From NCBI GenBank assembly GCA_965230335.1, contig CBDDKS010000006.1, positions 1,569,321 to 1,633,320 on the forward strand: a DNA stretch of 64,000 nucleotides, written 5' to 3'. This document shows positions 45,553 to 56,385 of the stretch, piece after piece. Source of the stretch: Kangiellaceae bacterium. GTDB taxonomy: Bacteria > Pseudomonadota > Gammaproteobacteria > Enterobacterales > Kangiellaceae. Both the position numbers and the translations under genes were made by a program. Every line of letters begins with the position of its first letter. Positions within the stretch are counted from its first letter, which is position 1. The notes beneath the pieces were generated by a model. The model was given only the letters and a program-made list of their open reading frames with translations, did not search any database and had not been told where the DNA came from.

Positions 45553-47484
45553 ATGTTAAGTTTTAATCAAGTCAGTTATTCGCAAGGATTAACCCCTCTG
45601 GTTGAAGATTTTTCGGCCACTTTTTTTGCAAATGAGAAAATAGGCATCGTCGGACCGAATGGATGTGGAAAATCCAGTCTATTTAAACTCATTTTACATG
45701 AACTGTCTTGTGATCAGGGTGAATTGTCTTTGTCTTCAGATTTACGTATTGCTCATGTTAGACAAGAAACACCAGGTTTGGAATTAACTGCACTGGATTA
45801 CACTTTGGATGGTGACCAATCATTACGTATGGCACAAAAAAAACTCAAACAAGCTGAAGAGAAAAATGATTCTCATCAAATGGCTATAGCACATGAGCAG
45901 TTAGAGATTGTTGGAGCTTATGATGCAGAAGCGAGAGCTTCACGTTTATTAAGTGGATTGGGTTTTGCTTCAGAAACAATGCATAAAAAAATCAAAGAAC
46001 TCTCAGGTGGATGGCGTGTTCGATTAAATTTAGCCCAAGCATTGATGAAACCTTCTGATATTTTATTATTGGATGAGCCGACCAATCATCTGGATTTAGA
46101 TGCTGTATTTTGGTTACAGGGTTTTTTAAAAAGTTATCAGGGCACGTTATTAATTATTTCTCATGATAGAGATTTTTTGGATGCTGTTATCCAGCGCACA
46201 TTATTTTTTTATAACAAGCAACTCACCGTGTATCAGGGTAATTATAGTCAGGCATTGCGTATTCGTTCTGAACAATTACAGTTGCAACAAAAGTTATATG
46301 ATAAACAACAGACAAAAGTAAAACATTTACAGTCTTTTATTGATCGATTTAAAGCAAAAGCCAGTAAAGCAAAACAAGCACAAAGTCGTGTAAAAGCTTT
46401 AGAGAAAATGGCTCAGCTAGAACAAGTGAAAACAAATCAGAGTTTTCAATTTGAATTTCTGCAACCAAAACATCAACCTGATCCACTGGTTACCCTGGAT
46501 AATGTAGATGTGAGTTATACTGATAATATAATTCTAAAAAATGTTCATTTATCTGTTCGCGTTGATAGTCGTATTGGTTTATTAGGGCGTAATGGTGCAG
46601 GTAAATCAACATTAATAAAAACTATTGCTAACCAAGGTGTCGATATTTCTGGATTACGCAGTGAGAGTCATCATTTAAATAGTGGTTATTTTGCACAACA
46701 TCAATTGGAACAGTTAAATCTTGAAAAAACACCCATGCAGGAATTGCATGCTATAAATCCGACAATGAGTGAACAGGATGCAAGAAATTATTTAGGACGT
46801 TTTGCATTCCAGGGTGATAAAGTATTTGAAACACTACAGGGTTTTTCTGGTGGAGAAAAGGCTCGATTGGTTTTAGCATTAATGATTTATCAAAAACCCA
46901 ATTTGATTTTATTGGATGAACCAACCAATCATTTAGATAGTGATATGCGAGATGCTTTAACCATGGCCATACAGAATTTTTCAGGTGCGGTTATTATGAT
47001 TTCTCATGATCGTTACTTATTAGATGCGACAGTTAATGAGCTGTATTTGATTAATAAGGGTTATGTAGAAAAATTTGATGGTAATACAGATGATTATTTA
47101 ACCTGGCTTAAAAGAAATCGATGGAGTAATGATCAAGTAGATAATCATGATAGTAGAGTGCCTGAAAATACAGCTGTTGATAAAAAAACGCAGAGACAAT
47201 TAGAGGCTAAGATTCGTCAACATTTATCGAGTTATAAGAAAAATCTAGATCAGATAGAGAAGAAAAATAAGATATTACAGGAAAAACTGGATAATATTGA
47301 AAGCGAATTATCGGATGTGTCTTTATATGAAGAAGATAGAAAAAAAGATTTAGAAGCTTATATACTACAGCAATCTCAACTTAAAAAAGAATTAGAAGAA
47401 GCTGAACAGGCTTGGTATGATGCACAAGAGCGCTACGACCATGAATGTTCAAAAATTAAAGAAGAAATGTCTATCACCTCATAA
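45553..47484 (+). CDS. ABC-F family ATPase with two ABC domains and a C-terminal coiled-coil (Uup/YheS-like).
   Basis: Two Walker A motifs (GPNGCGKS, GRNGAGKS). Two LSGG signatures (LSGGWRVR, FSGGEKAR). No TM segments. Charged coiled-coil tail. Confidence 0.85.
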   Translation: MLSFNQVSYSQGLTPLVEDFSATFFANEKIGIVGPNGCGKSSLFKLILHELSCDQGELSLSSDLRIAHVRQETPGLELTALDYTLDGDQSLRMAQKKLKQAEEKNDSHQMAIAHEQLEIVGAYDAEARASRLLSGLGFASETMHKKIKELSGGWRVRLNLAQALMKPSDILLLDEPTNHLDLDAVFWLQGFLKSYQGTLLIISHDRDFLDAVIQRTLFFYNKQLTVYQGNYSQALRIRSEQLQLQQKLYDKQQTKVKHLQSFIDRFKAKASKAKQAQSRVKALEKMAQLEQVKTNQSFQFEFLQPKHQPDPLVTLDNVDVSYTDNIILKNVHLSVRVDSRIGLLGRNGAGKSTLIKTIANQGVDISGLRSESHHLNSGYFAQHQLEQLNLEKTPMQELHAINPTMSEQDARNYLGRFAFQGDKVFETLQGFSGGEKARLVLALMIYQKPNLILLDEPTNHLDSDMRDALTMAIQNFSGAVIMISHDRYLLDATVNELYLINKGYVEKFDGNTDDYLTWLKRNRWSNDQVDNHDSRVPENTAVDKKTQRQLEAKIRQHLSSYKKNLDQIEKKNKILQEKLDNIESELSDVSLYEEDRKKDLEAYILQQSQLKKELEEAEQAWYDAQERYDHECSKIKEEMSITS

Positions 47485-47531
47485 AGTTATTAATATTATC
47501 CTTATTCATCAATAGAGCGATATAAAGAAAA

Positions 47532-48110
47532 ATGACAAACCCATTAGAAAAACAGAAAAAGTTACTAGAACATTCTGATTGCCTCTTTCAATATCAGGAT
47601 ATTCTAGGTGTTATTGATACGATGGCAGAAAGTATTAATCGTGATTTTCAAGATAAACATCCTATTGTCATTTGTATTATGAATGGTGGTTTGGTGTTTT
47701 CTGGTCATTTATTAACACGATTAACCATGCCATTAGAAGTCGATTATTGTCATGTAACACGATATAACAATTCAACAGAAGGTCAAAATCTATTATGGCG
47801 TGTGGTTCCTCATAATGATTTAAATGATAGAGATATACTATTACTGGATGATATTTTAGATGAAGGCTTTACATTACATGAATTAATAGAAAACTGTAAA
47901 AAAAATGGCGCTCGTTCAGTCACATCAGCCGTATTGGTGAATAAACAAAATGAACGCAGGCCCAATGAGTTTAATAATGCCAATTACAGCGGAATAACGG
48001 TACCTGACCGGTATGTTTTTGGTTTTGGTATGGATTATCATGGATTATGTAGAAATTTACCCAATATTTATGCTATCCATACAAAAGATGTATTAACAAA
48101 AGATGCTTGA
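47532..48110 (+). CDS. hpt: Hypoxanthine(-guanine) phosphoribosyltransferase family protein.
   Basis: Type I PRTase PRPP-binding motif ILLLDDILDEGFTL. Overall architecture collinear with E. coli Hpt. Confidence 0.75.
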   Translation: MTNPLEKQKKLLEHSDCLFQYQDILGVIDTMAESINRDFQDKHPIVICIMNGGLVFSGHLLTRLTMPLEVDYCHVTRYNNSTEGQNLLWRVVPHNDLNDRDILLLDDILDEGFTLHELIENCKKNGARSVTSAVLVNKQNERRPNEFNNANYSGITVPDRYVFGFGMDYHGLCRNLPNIYAIHTKDVLTKDA

Positions 48111-48304
48111 TGACTCGCAAAAACATATTATTTTAATTATGGCCATGCATCAGGAAGCAGAACCCATTATTAATGCATTACATTTACAAAGTGCACCGCA
48201 CTTGGAAGATATATTTTTGCCTACTTTGAAAGAACAAGCGCTACGAATTATTCACTATCTAGCCATATGAAGATATGTTTTCAACGTAACCAAGGGGAAA
48301 TATT

Positions 48305-48862
48305 ATGATGAACTGTACCAGTTGTCACCAGGGTGTATTACAAAATGATTACCTGGATGACTTGTTTCCTTGTTTTACCTGCAATCATTGTTCTGGAAAT
48401 CTGGTTTTCTTAAATGATTATTTGCGTTGGCTAGAAAATAATAATAACAAAGATGCTGTTAGTGATGTCGATACAGATGTTGAAGTCGATACAGATGATA
48501 CCAAGAAAGCAATACTTTGCCCCAAAACATCTCGAATAATGTTGAAGTATCGTATTTCTAAAGATAGTGAACATCGATTGGATCTAAGTCCATCCATTAA
48601 TGCGGTTTGGATGGATAAAGGTGAATGGATGTTATTAAAAAAAGCTGGTCTTGCTGGTAAACTCAATAAAATTTTTACTCATGTTTGGCAAAGAAAAATT
48701 AGAGAAGATGAAACTTCATCGACTTTAATTGCATTATATGAAAAAGAGTTTGGGGATCACTATACAGATATCAAAGCATTTAAAAAGATAATAGATTCTA
48801 TGAACAACAAATCGCAGGTGATTGCTTATTTAATTTCAGATGATCCTTATAAAATTGTTTAA
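48305..48862 (+). CDS. Zinc-ribbon (zf-TFIIB-like) domain protein with an acidic DVDTDVEVDTDD tract.
   Basis: Two CxxC-type pairs (CTSC...CFTCNHC and CP...) followed by the WMDKGEW pattern (C-P...G-[VI]-W-[LM]-D-x-G-E) seen in PF13453-type zinc ribbons. Confidence 0.4.
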   Translation: MMNCTSCHQGVLQNDYLDDLFPCFTCNHCSGNLVFLNDYLRWLENNNNKDAVSDVDTDVEVDTDDTKKAILCPKTSRIMLKYRISKDSEHRLDLSPSINAVWMDKGEWMLLKKAGLAGKLNKIFTHVWQRKIREDETSSTLIALYEKEFGDHYTDIKAFKKIIDSMNNKSQVIAYLISDDPYKIV

Positions 48863-48900
48863 TATAATTCATGAACTAAAAGATATTTCAGGTAAATAGA

Positions 48901-49305
48901 ATGAATGAACAGTATCGAGTAACTATGCAGTATGCCCATCATGAAGATTCAGAATATGATGTATTAGAAGAGTCCGTAACTGATGGATTATTAGACATCT
49001 TTCAATCGATAGATTGGGAAGGTGAAGCCATAAAAGCGAATACCATTCAAAAAGTATCACCTACGTTAACATTTGAATCTGATAACAAACGATTATGGTT
49101 TTCGGCGGTTTATGATGGGTCTTTGTCTTTTGTTTTAGATTGCCAGTTTTCTCAAGTTGTGAACAGTAGCTTTGGGTTAATCAATAGGAAAAAATTACTG
49201 AAACTTTATCATGATTCGTTACCTATTTCTCAGGTAGATCAAGCGATCGAACTGTTTATGAAAAATGATATAGATACGTTAAAGAAATTATACAAAACAT
49301 ACTGA
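48901..49305 (+). CDS. Hypothetical protein (134 aa).
   Basis: ORF only. Confidence 0.35.
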   Translation: MNEQYRVTMQYAHHEDSEYDVLEESVTDGLLDIFQSIDWEGEAIKANTIQKVSPTLTFESDNKRLWFSAVYDGSLSFVLDCQFSQVVNSSFGLINRKKLLKLYHDSLPISQVDQAIELFMKNDIDTLKKLYKTY

Positions 49306-49383
49306 TTTGAATGATACTCGGGTGCACAAAATAGATTATAAAATGATCGGTTAAATAGTGAGGCATAAACTGGAAGCAGAGAT

Positions 49384-49926
49384 ATGAATCATAAAAATAC
49401 ATTGTTTACCTTATTAATATTGTTTCTGTGTCATAGCTGGGTAGTGGCTGAAGAATTAGAAAGCGCTCTGCTATATGGAAAGCTATTGACTGAAGCCGTT
49501 AAAGGAAAAAATAAAGTCAGATTAAAGAAGTTACCGGAATATAAAAAAATCAAGCAATACCTTTCACAAAATAAATGTTCTAAATATAAATATAAAGCTT
49601 ATATCGTTGGACCAAAAGATAAACAGTTTTTATATTTGATTGGTAAAAGAGGTAAAAGTGTTATATTAGGTCGTCACTTTAAGGTACCTATTATTAACGG
49701 AGCAATTGATATAACGCATTTTGAAAAATCAACTAAAGGATGTTTAAATTTTGGTAAACCAAAGCCTGATGTTGCAGCATTAAGTGCGACCCATCTAAAA
49801 GCTTATCCCAATGAGTTTCATATTTTACAGTCTCAGTTATCAGGATTAACTTTTTATATTATTACAAATACAGGCACTTACTCTGTTAAAAAAGGAAAGA
49901 TTAAAAAACTTGAGGAGAAAGACTAA
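49384..49926 (+). CDS. Hypothetical secreted protein (180 aa).
   Basis: Signal peptide MNHKNTLFTLLILFLCHSWVVA. No recognisable domain. Confidence 0.4.
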   Translation: MNHKNTLFTLLILFLCHSWVVAEELESALLYGKLLTEAVKGKNKVRLKKLPEYKKIKQYLSQNKCSKYKYKAYIVGPKDKQFLYLIGKRGKSVILGRHFKVPIINGAIDITHFEKSTKGCLNFGKPKPDVAALSATHLKAYPNEFHILQSQLSGLTFYIITNTGTYSVKKGKIKKLEEKD

Positions 49927-49990
49927 CATTAGTCCTGAAAGTCAGCTCTCTTTTTGCAATCATTCAAAAAGAGAAGAAAAAAATAATTGT

Positions 49991-51328
49991 TTATAAAATA
50001 TATTGACTTAAATCAACATCATCCACCAAATCAGAAAGCTGCTGATTCACATAACTGGCATCAATGGTGAGATGTTCCTGGTTATCTGTTGCTTTAAATG
50101 AAATATCATCAAGCAGGCGTTCCATAACAGTGTGTAATCGGCGGGCACCAATATTTTCAGTTTTTTCATTCACTTCCCAGGCGATTTCAGCAATACGTTG
50201 AATACCATCATCAGAGAAAGTGATTTTTTGATTTTCGGTAGCCAATAAAGCAGTATATTGTTTGGTTAATGAGGCATCGGGTTCTGTTAAAATACGAACA
50301 AAGTCATCAACAGAAAGGGCTTTTAATTCAACTCGGATAGGTAAACGTCCTTGCAATTCTGGAATTAAGTCGGAAGGTTTTGATAAATGAAAAGCACCGG
50401 AAGCAATAAATAAAATATGGTCACTTTTTATCATGCCGTATTTTGTACTGATGGTACAACCTTCAACCAAAGGTAATAAATCTCTTTGAACACCTTCACG
50501 GGAAACATCGCCACCACTGCCTTCCTGGCGTTTAGCAACTTTATCAATTTCATCAAGAAAAACAATGCCATTTTGTTCAACGGCTTCTACAGCCCGGTTT
50601 TTTAAATCATCTAAGTTAATGAGTTTTTCTGCTTCTTCTTCACGTACTAATTTAAAAGCGTCTTTGACTTTTAATTTACGACGTTTTGTTTTTCCTTGAG
50701 ACATGCTTTGAAACATACCTTGTAATTGATTGGTCATTTCTTCCATACCGGGTGGTGCCATAATTTCTATGCCAACATTCACACCAGCCACTTCAATTTC
50801 AATATCTTTATCGTCCAAATCACCTTCCAGTAATTTTTTTCTGAATAATTGTCTTGTACTATTACTTTGCTCTAATGCGGTTTCTGTTTCTTCAAAGCTA
50901 CTGCGTGCGGGTGGTAGTAATGCATCAAGAATACGTTCTTCAGCTGCCAATTCTGCTTTGGGTTTGACGCTGTCGAGTTCTTGTTCTTTTAACATTTTAA
51001 AGGCTGCATCGACCAAATCTCTGACTATCGATTCTACATCCCGACCAACATAACCCACTTCGGTAAATTTAGTGGCTTCGACTTTAATAAAAGGTGCGTT
51101 TGATAAACGAGCCAGTCTTCTGGCAATTTCTGTTTTACCAACACCAGTAGGGCCTATCATTAAAATATTTTTGGGTGTGATTTCATTGCGAAGTTCTTCG
51201 CTTACCTGCATTCGACGCCATCTATTTCGAAGAGCAATAGCGACAGCACGTTTGGCATCGTTTTGTCCAATGATATGCTTATCTAGTTCGTGAACGATTT
51301 CTCTTGGTGTCATATGGTTGCTGCTCAT
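49991..51328 (-). CDS. hslU: ATP-dependent protease ATPase subunit HslU.
   Basis: Walker [16 protein letters not shown]. The I-domain and C-terminal region are conserved. The length is 445 aa. Confidence 0.95.
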   Translation of the reverse strand: MSSNHMTPREIVHELDKHIIGQNDAKRAVAIALRNRWRRMQVSEELRNEITPKNILMIGPTGVGKTEIARRLARLSNAPFIKVEATKFTEVGYVGRDVESIVRDLVDAAFKMLKEQELDSVKPKAELAAEERILDALLPPARSSFEETETALEQSNSTRQLFRKKLLEGDLDDKDIEIEVAGVNVGIEIMAPPGMEEMTNQLQGMFQSMSQGKTKRRKLKVKDAFKLVREEEAEKLINLDDLKNRAVEAVEQNGIVFLDEIDKVAKRQEGSGGDVSREGVQRDLLPLVEGCTISTKYGMIKSDHILFIASGAFHLSKPSDLIPELQGRLPIRVELKALSVDDFVRILTEPDASLTKQYTALLATENQKITFSDDGIQRIAEIAWEVNEKTENIGARRLHTVMERLLDDISFKATDNQEHLTIDASYVNQQLSDLVDDVDLSQYIL

Positions 51329-51379
51329 ATTACAATTACTCTTATCAATAAAAATGTATTCGGATGAGTGGAGAATAAA

Positions 51380-51925
51380 CTAATCGTTTAATTCTTCGAT
51401 AGTGAGGTTATGGTTGGTGTAGACACAGATATCGCCAGCGATTTTCAGTGACTTTTCAACAACATCTTTGGATGATAGGTCCGTATTTTCTAAAAGGGCT
51501 TTTGCTGCGGACTGTGCGAAGGAGCCACCTGAACCTATGGCTAATAAACCATGTTCATTTTCAGGTTCAATCACATCACCAGTACCTGAAATAATAAATG
51601 AATGCTCTTTGTCAGCAACAATTAACAGAGCTTCTAATTTACGAAGCATGCGGTCAGTTCGCCAGTCTTTTGCCATTTCAACGGCAGCACGCATCATTTT
51701 TCCATGATGAAGTTCTAATTTCGCTTCAAAACGCTCGAATAAGGTAAAAGCATCAGCTGTGCCTCCTGCAAAACCTGCTAAAACTTTATTATGATATAGT
51801 CGACGCACTTTACGAGCGTTACCCTTCATCACAGTATTACCCATAGAAACCTGGCCATCACCACCAATAACAACATGGCCGGCGCGACGTACCGATAAAA
51901 TAGTGGTGCCTCGAAATTGCTGCAA
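51380..51925 (-). CDS. hslV: ATP-dependent protease subunit HslV.
   Basis: N-terminal TTILSVR after Met (catalytic Thr). 181 aa. It is immediately upstream of hslU. Confidence 0.95.
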   Translation of the reverse strand: MQQFRGTTILSVRRAGHVVIGGDGQVSMGNTVMKGNARKVRRLYHNKVLAGFAGGTADAFTLFERFEAKLELHHGKMMRAAVEMAKDWRTDRMLRKLEALLIVADKEHSFIISGTGDVIEPENEHGLLAIGSGGSFAQSAAKALLENTDLSSKDVVEKSLKIAGDICVYTNHNLTIEELND

Positions 51926-52029
51926 AGGAAACTCCTTAAGACAGAAAAGCTGGTGAATTAGATAAATATGTATGACCTGAAGAGATCACACGTTGAAGTT
52001 ATATCGTGTGTGGCTTCAGGCAGTTGGGA

Positions 52030-52061
52030 TATATATAAGGCTATTCCCTGCTTTTTCAAGT
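52030..52061 (-). promoter_or_regulatory. Candidate sigma32 heat-shock promoter for hslVU (minus strand: CTTGAAA-N13-CCTTATAT).
   Basis: Minus-strand CTTGAAAAAGCAGGGAATAGCCTTATATAT lies about 110 nt upstream of the hslV start. This is a partial match to the CTTGAAA...CCCCATNT consensus. Confidence 0.35.
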
Positions 52062-52258
52062 AAAAGTTGGGTGTCATTTTTTGTAGGCTAAGAAAAGCTA
52101 TAAAAAATATAAGTATCTGTCTCTATAAAGCAAAAGAGTTTATCTCGAGAACAAGTTATTCAGTAATATCATAATTAATTAATACGCCAAACTCGTCTAG
52201 CAATGGTAAAATACTCTGCTGAAGTAAATTTAGTACACAAAAAGAGTTAGTTCGTTCA

Positions 52259-55108
52259 ATGAAACCTGTTGTTGGCCAAAGATGGATGAATTACTCCGAA
52301 CCCGAAATGGGTTTAGGGGTTATCCATGAAGTATTGGGTCGGCGAGTTGAAATAAACTTTCCTGCCATAGATGAAATCCGAGTTTATGCTATTGAAAACG
52401 CCCCTTTAAGTCGTATTCAATATGTTGAAGGAGACCAGTTATCTGATCAGGAGGATGTTGTTTATAAAGTTAAATCGATAGAAGAGTTACAGGGATTGCT
52501 GACTTACCTCTGCGAAGATGGTCAAGGTAGAGAAAAACAGATTCCAGAGCAGTCGCTCAGTCATTTTGTGCGTTTATCAACACCGCAGCAGCGGTTAAAA
52601 ACAGGGTTGTTTGATGATGATAGTGCTTATTATTTGCGTTTTGAAACCATGTTTCACTTGCACCACATACAGCAATCACCGGTTGGTGGCTTATTGGGTT
52701 CAAGAATAGATTTGATTCCCCATCAACTCTATATTGCACACCAGGTTGCGCAACGTTATGCACCCAGAGTATTACTGGCGGATGAAGTGGGTCTCGGTAA
52801 AACGATTGAAGCTGGCATGATACTGCATCACCAGATTTTTACCGGGCAAGCCAAGCGTGTATTAATTTTGGTGCCAGAAACCTTGCAGCATCAGTGGTTA
52901 GTAGAAATGCTGCGGCGCTTTAATTTGTTTTTTGCTTTATTTGATGAAGAGCGTATTAATGCCATTATTCAGGAGAATAAAACAGAGGGTGAATCTAACC
53001 TTTCTCTGAATCCTTTTGAAATGGAACAACAGATTATTTGCAGTCTGAATACGTTAACAGAGCATGCTGAATTTCAATCTCAATTATTATCAGCAGAGTG
53101 GGATTTGGTTGTCGTGGATGAAGCACATCACCTGGCATGGTCGGAAGAAGCGGTGAGTGATGATTATGCACTGGTAGAAAAGATTTCTAAAGTAAGTAAA
53201 GGTTTACTTCTGTTAACAGCAACCCCCGAACAAATTGGCATAGAAAGTCACTTTGCACGTTTACGGTTACTGGATCCTGCTCGTTTTTATAGTCTTGAGG
53301 AGTTTAAAAAGGAGCAAAATGACTTTTTACGTTTGGGTGATTTGGTTAAGAATGTTCAACAGCTGGATGCGCCTGATTTTTTGGAGGATGCACCAGACCA
53401 TTTTGTACAGGAACTTTGTGAACAACTTCCTAAAGATATTGATAAGGTTCATGAAGCGATAATGGACCCGGAAGGAAGGCAGTCTATTATTCGTCAAATG
53501 TTGGATCGGCATGGTACAGGTCGTGTTTTATTTCGAAACACCCGGCAGACGGTGAAAGGTTTTCCTGAAAGACAGCTTCATGAATATCCACTAGATCCAA
53601 CGGAAGTATTCCAGGAAAACAGCTCTGATATTTTTCCAGAAGTGAATTTGGATGAAGAGATTTGGTTGCAAGGCGATCCGCGTGTTGCCTGGCTTCAAGA
53701 GCAGCTCAGATGTTTACACAATGAAAAAGTATTGGTGATATGCCATTACGATAAGACAGCAAAGGCATTGGATAAATATTTAAATCGACAGGGTATTTTG
53801 TGTACTTCTTTTTATAGAGGCTTATCCTTGATCCAGCGGGATCGCGCAGCAGCTTATTTTGCTGATATGGATAACAACAGTGCGCAAGTGCTTATTTGTT
53901 CAGAAATTGGTAGTGAAGGGCGTAATTTTCAATTCTCCCATCATTTAATTTTATTTGATTTGCCGGATAACCCTGATTTACTGGAACAGCGAATTGGTCG
54001 TTTAGATCGTATCGGTCAACAGTCCAGCATCCAAATTCATGTACCTTATTTAAAGAATACAGCGCAGTCGGTGTTATTCCACTGGTATCATCAGGGATTA
54101 AATGCATTTGAAAAAAATAACCACGCAGCTCATGCATTATCTCTTTCATTAAATGAATCATTACAACGACATTTGCAGCAACCAGATGAAGAAATATCCA
54201 CTTTGATTGACGATACAAAACAAGCTTCGGAGGTTTTAGAAAAACAATTGGAGGACGGACGGGATTATTTATTGGAATTAAACTCATGTAATGGTTTGGC
54301 AGCTCATTATTTAGCGGATTTAATTCATCAGCAGGCAGATACGGATAAATTGTCTTCTTACTTATTTGCTTTATTTGATGAATTTGGGATGGATTATGAA
54401 GCCTATTCATCTGAAACCATGTTTGTTCGTCCTTCTAATGTCACAGCTGGTGAGTATTTTCCGGGTCTGAGTGAAGAAGGGCAAAGCATCACGTTAAACC
54501 GAGGCGAGGCATTGTGTCGCGATGATATGACTTTCGTAACATGGGAGCATCCATTAGTGACGGAGACGATGGCCGCTATTCAAGATGGCAGTTTAGGACG
54601 TGTTGTTGTTTCCACAGTACAGTTGAAAGGGCTAAAACCAGGCACTTTGATGCTTGAATCACTTTTCGTTGTTAACCACATTGCCCCTAAAATGTTGCAG
54701 TTACATCGTTATATGCCAATGAGCCCCATTCGCTTTTTGGTGGATGTAAAAGGAAAAGACTTATCTCAGATAATGCCACACGCAAAATTAAATGGATTTT
54801 GTGATTGGTTGAAAAAGCCTATTGCTCGTCAGGCAGTTGCAGAAGTTCGTCCACAGATTGACCAAATGATGACAACTTCACAACAATTGGCAGATGAAGA
54901 ATTGGTGCTTGTTAAGAACGAAGCGATTCAACGAGTCAAGCAGGGTATAGGGAGTGAGCTTGAGCGTTTAAAAAGTTTGCAGCAGATTAACTCATCTGTA
55001 AGAGATGAAGAAATTCATGTTTTGGAAGAACGCATCGCCACGTCATTGGAATACGTTGATAGAGCAACGTATCAATTGGATGCTGTCAGACTATTAATTA
55101 GCACTTAG
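52259..55108 (+). CDS. rapA: RNA polymerase-associated SWI/SNF-family ATPase RapA (HepA).
   Basis: LIPHQL.IAH...APRVLLADEVGLGKTIEAGMILH and VPETLQHQWLVEMLRRFNL are nearly identical to E. coli RapA. DEAH box VVDEAHHL. The length is 949 aa. Confidence 0.9.
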   Translation: MKPVVGQRWMNYSEPEMGLGVIHEVLGRRVEINFPAIDEIRVYAIENAPLSRIQYVEGDQLSDQEDVVYKVKSIEELQGLLTYLCEDGQGREKQIPEQSLSHFVRLSTPQQRLKTGLFDDDSAYYLRFETMFHLHHIQQSPVGGLLGSRIDLIPHQLYIAHQVAQRYAPRVLLADEVGLGKTIEAGMILHHQIFTGQAKRVLILVPETLQHQWLVEMLRRFNLFFALFDEERINAIIQENKTEGESNLSLNPFEMEQQIICSLNTLTEHAEFQSQLLSAEWDLVVVDEAHHLAWSEEAVSDDYALVEKISKVSKGLLLLTATPEQIGIESHFARLRLLDPARFYSLEEFKKEQNDFLRLGDLVKNVQQLDAPDFLEDAPDHFVQELCEQLPKDIDKVHEAIMDPEGRQSIIRQMLDRHGTGRVLFRNTRQTVKGFPERQLHEYPLDPTEVFQENSSDIFPEVNLDEEIWLQGDPRVAWLQEQLRCLHNEKVLVICHYDKTAKALDKYLNRQGILCTSFYRGLSLIQRDRAAAYFADMDNNSAQVLICSEIGSEGRNFQFSHHLILFDLPDNPDLLEQRIGRLDRIGQQSSIQIHVPYLKNTAQSVLFHWYHQGLNAFEKNNHAAHALSLSLNESLQRHLQQPDEEISTLIDDTKQASEVLEKQLEDGRDYLLELNSCNGLAAHYLADLIHQQADTDKLSSYLFALFDEFGMDYEAYSSETMFVRPSNVTAGEYFPGLSEEGQSITLNRGEALCRDDMTFVTWEHPLVTETMAAIQDGSLGRVVVSTVQLKGLKPGTLMLESLFVVNHIAPKMLQLHRYMPMSPIRFLVDVKGKDLSQIMPHAKLNGFCDWLKKPIARQAVAEVRPQIDQMMTTSQQLADEELVLVKNEAIQRVKQGIGSELERLKSLQQINSSVRDEEIHVLEERIATSLEYVDRATYQLDAVRLLIST

Positions 55109-55131
55109 TGTGTAAAGGGTATTGGATATAC

Positions 55132-55175
55132 AAACAGAATAGTTAGTAATAGGTTACTAACTATTCTGTTTCAAT
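55132..55175 (+). terminator. Perfect 18-bp-stem hairpin (loop TAGG) 24 nt after the rapA stop. Probable terminator.
   Basis: AAACAGAATAGTTAGTAA / TTACTAACTATTCTGTTT. The stem ends in TTT. The following tract is moderately T-rich. Confidence 0.45.
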
Positions 55176-55376
55176 AAACCTCTATATTTTTATGGAAAAA
55201 TATCTGATATATTAAAAATAACAGAGTGTAGAGACTTCCCACACCTCAATCACAGATAAATCACGATAATAAAATGATATTTGTTTTACATTAGTGACTC
55301 TTATCCAATAGCCAGTTGTTTAAAAGTGATGACTTTGATAACTGTGAGCAATATTAAACATTAAGGTTAATAGCTT

Positions 55377-56210
55377 ATGCGCGTTATTGATTATGTGAAG
55401 CAAGGGTGTCGTCTGAACGATCACTTTAAAGCCGTTGAAAAAAGAACTGAAACATTGGGACAAGTCAGAAAGAAAAGTTTTTTATGTATTCGCATTGATG
55501 GTATTGGTCTCAGCAAAAAATATCTTAAAAATAAGATCGAGGCCTATGAATTCGACAATTTACTGAATAAGGCTTTGAAAGATACTTATTATCGTTTAAA
55601 ACAGCAAAGCCGATTGAATGATAAAGAGTTCTTTTTATGTGCTTTGATTTGTTCAGATGAGCTGTCAATATTCATTAACAATCAAACGAATTTTTTTGAT
55701 GGTCGTTTATATAAAATCACCACAACAATAGCCTCAACTTTTTCGGCTTTTTTTACAAAATACTGTTTAAATGCAAGTTTAAATAATGCAGATAACACCA
55801 TTGTTCAAAGTGTAGAATCTTTTGATGGACGTCCTATTGAACTTAAAAATATACAGGAAGTGTATCAATATTTATTTCATCGTTATGCTATTTATATACG
55901 TAATTCTGCAACAAAAGTATTGCGTCTTGAAGGTGTGCCATCCTGTGAACTGTATAACGACATTAATTTTAATAATATTGATTATATCTGGAAGACCTTG
56001 GCAAAACTCAATAAAGACTGGAACCTTGATATCATACAGCAACACCCTGGTTTTTTTGTCCCCAATGGATTTGGTCAATTGAAATTACATAAGTTTGACT
56101 CTTTTGAAAAGTTTATTGAACAATCTTCACAACTTGTTATCGACAATACTAATCATGAGTCATTTAATCGGTCACAGACTTCCTTTTACCATGATCGATA
56201 TGCTTTTTAG
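55377..56210 (+). CDS. Thg1-like protein (tRNA-His guanylyltransferase family, 3'-5' nucleotidyltransferase).
   Basis: Thg1 hallmark segments in the right order: FLCIRIDGIGLSKKY (compare human Thg1 VVVRLDGRNFHRF), ICSDELSIF (GQSDEYSFVF) and ASTFSAFFTKY (ASQFASSYVF). The 277-aa length fits bacterial TLPs. Confidence 0.6.
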   Translation: MRVIDYVKQGCRLNDHFKAVEKRTETLGQVRKKSFLCIRIDGIGLSKKYLKNKIEAYEFDNLLNKALKDTYYRLKQQSRLNDKEFFLCALICSDELSIFINNQTNFFDGRLYKITTTIASTFSAFFTKYCLNASLNNADNTIVQSVESFDGRPIELKNIQEVYQYLFHRYAIYIRNSATKVLRLEGVPSCELYNDINFNNIDYIWKTLAKLNKDWNLDIIQQHPGFFVPNGFGQLKLHKFDSFEKFIEQSSQLVIDNTNHESFNRSQTSFYHDRYAF

Positions 56211-56385
56211 TTAATCTCATATGGCTTTTTAAAATGTTACAAAAAATATAAGAAGTGTTTAAAAAAAGCTTGTATTATTTATTGTTAATACTTTCAGGTG
56301 ACGCATCGTTTTATGTGGTCTAACGACCTGAATTTAAGTGGGAATAACCTGATATTGAATGAAAAGCTTATTTTGAGGCACACTT

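Noticed and set aside
49948-49973. Hairpin CTCTTTTT-N10-AAAAAGAG between the convergent hypothetical gene and hslU.
   Set aside because: It has an 8-bp A/T-rich stem and no proper U-tract on either strand. It is too weak to call a terminator with confidence.
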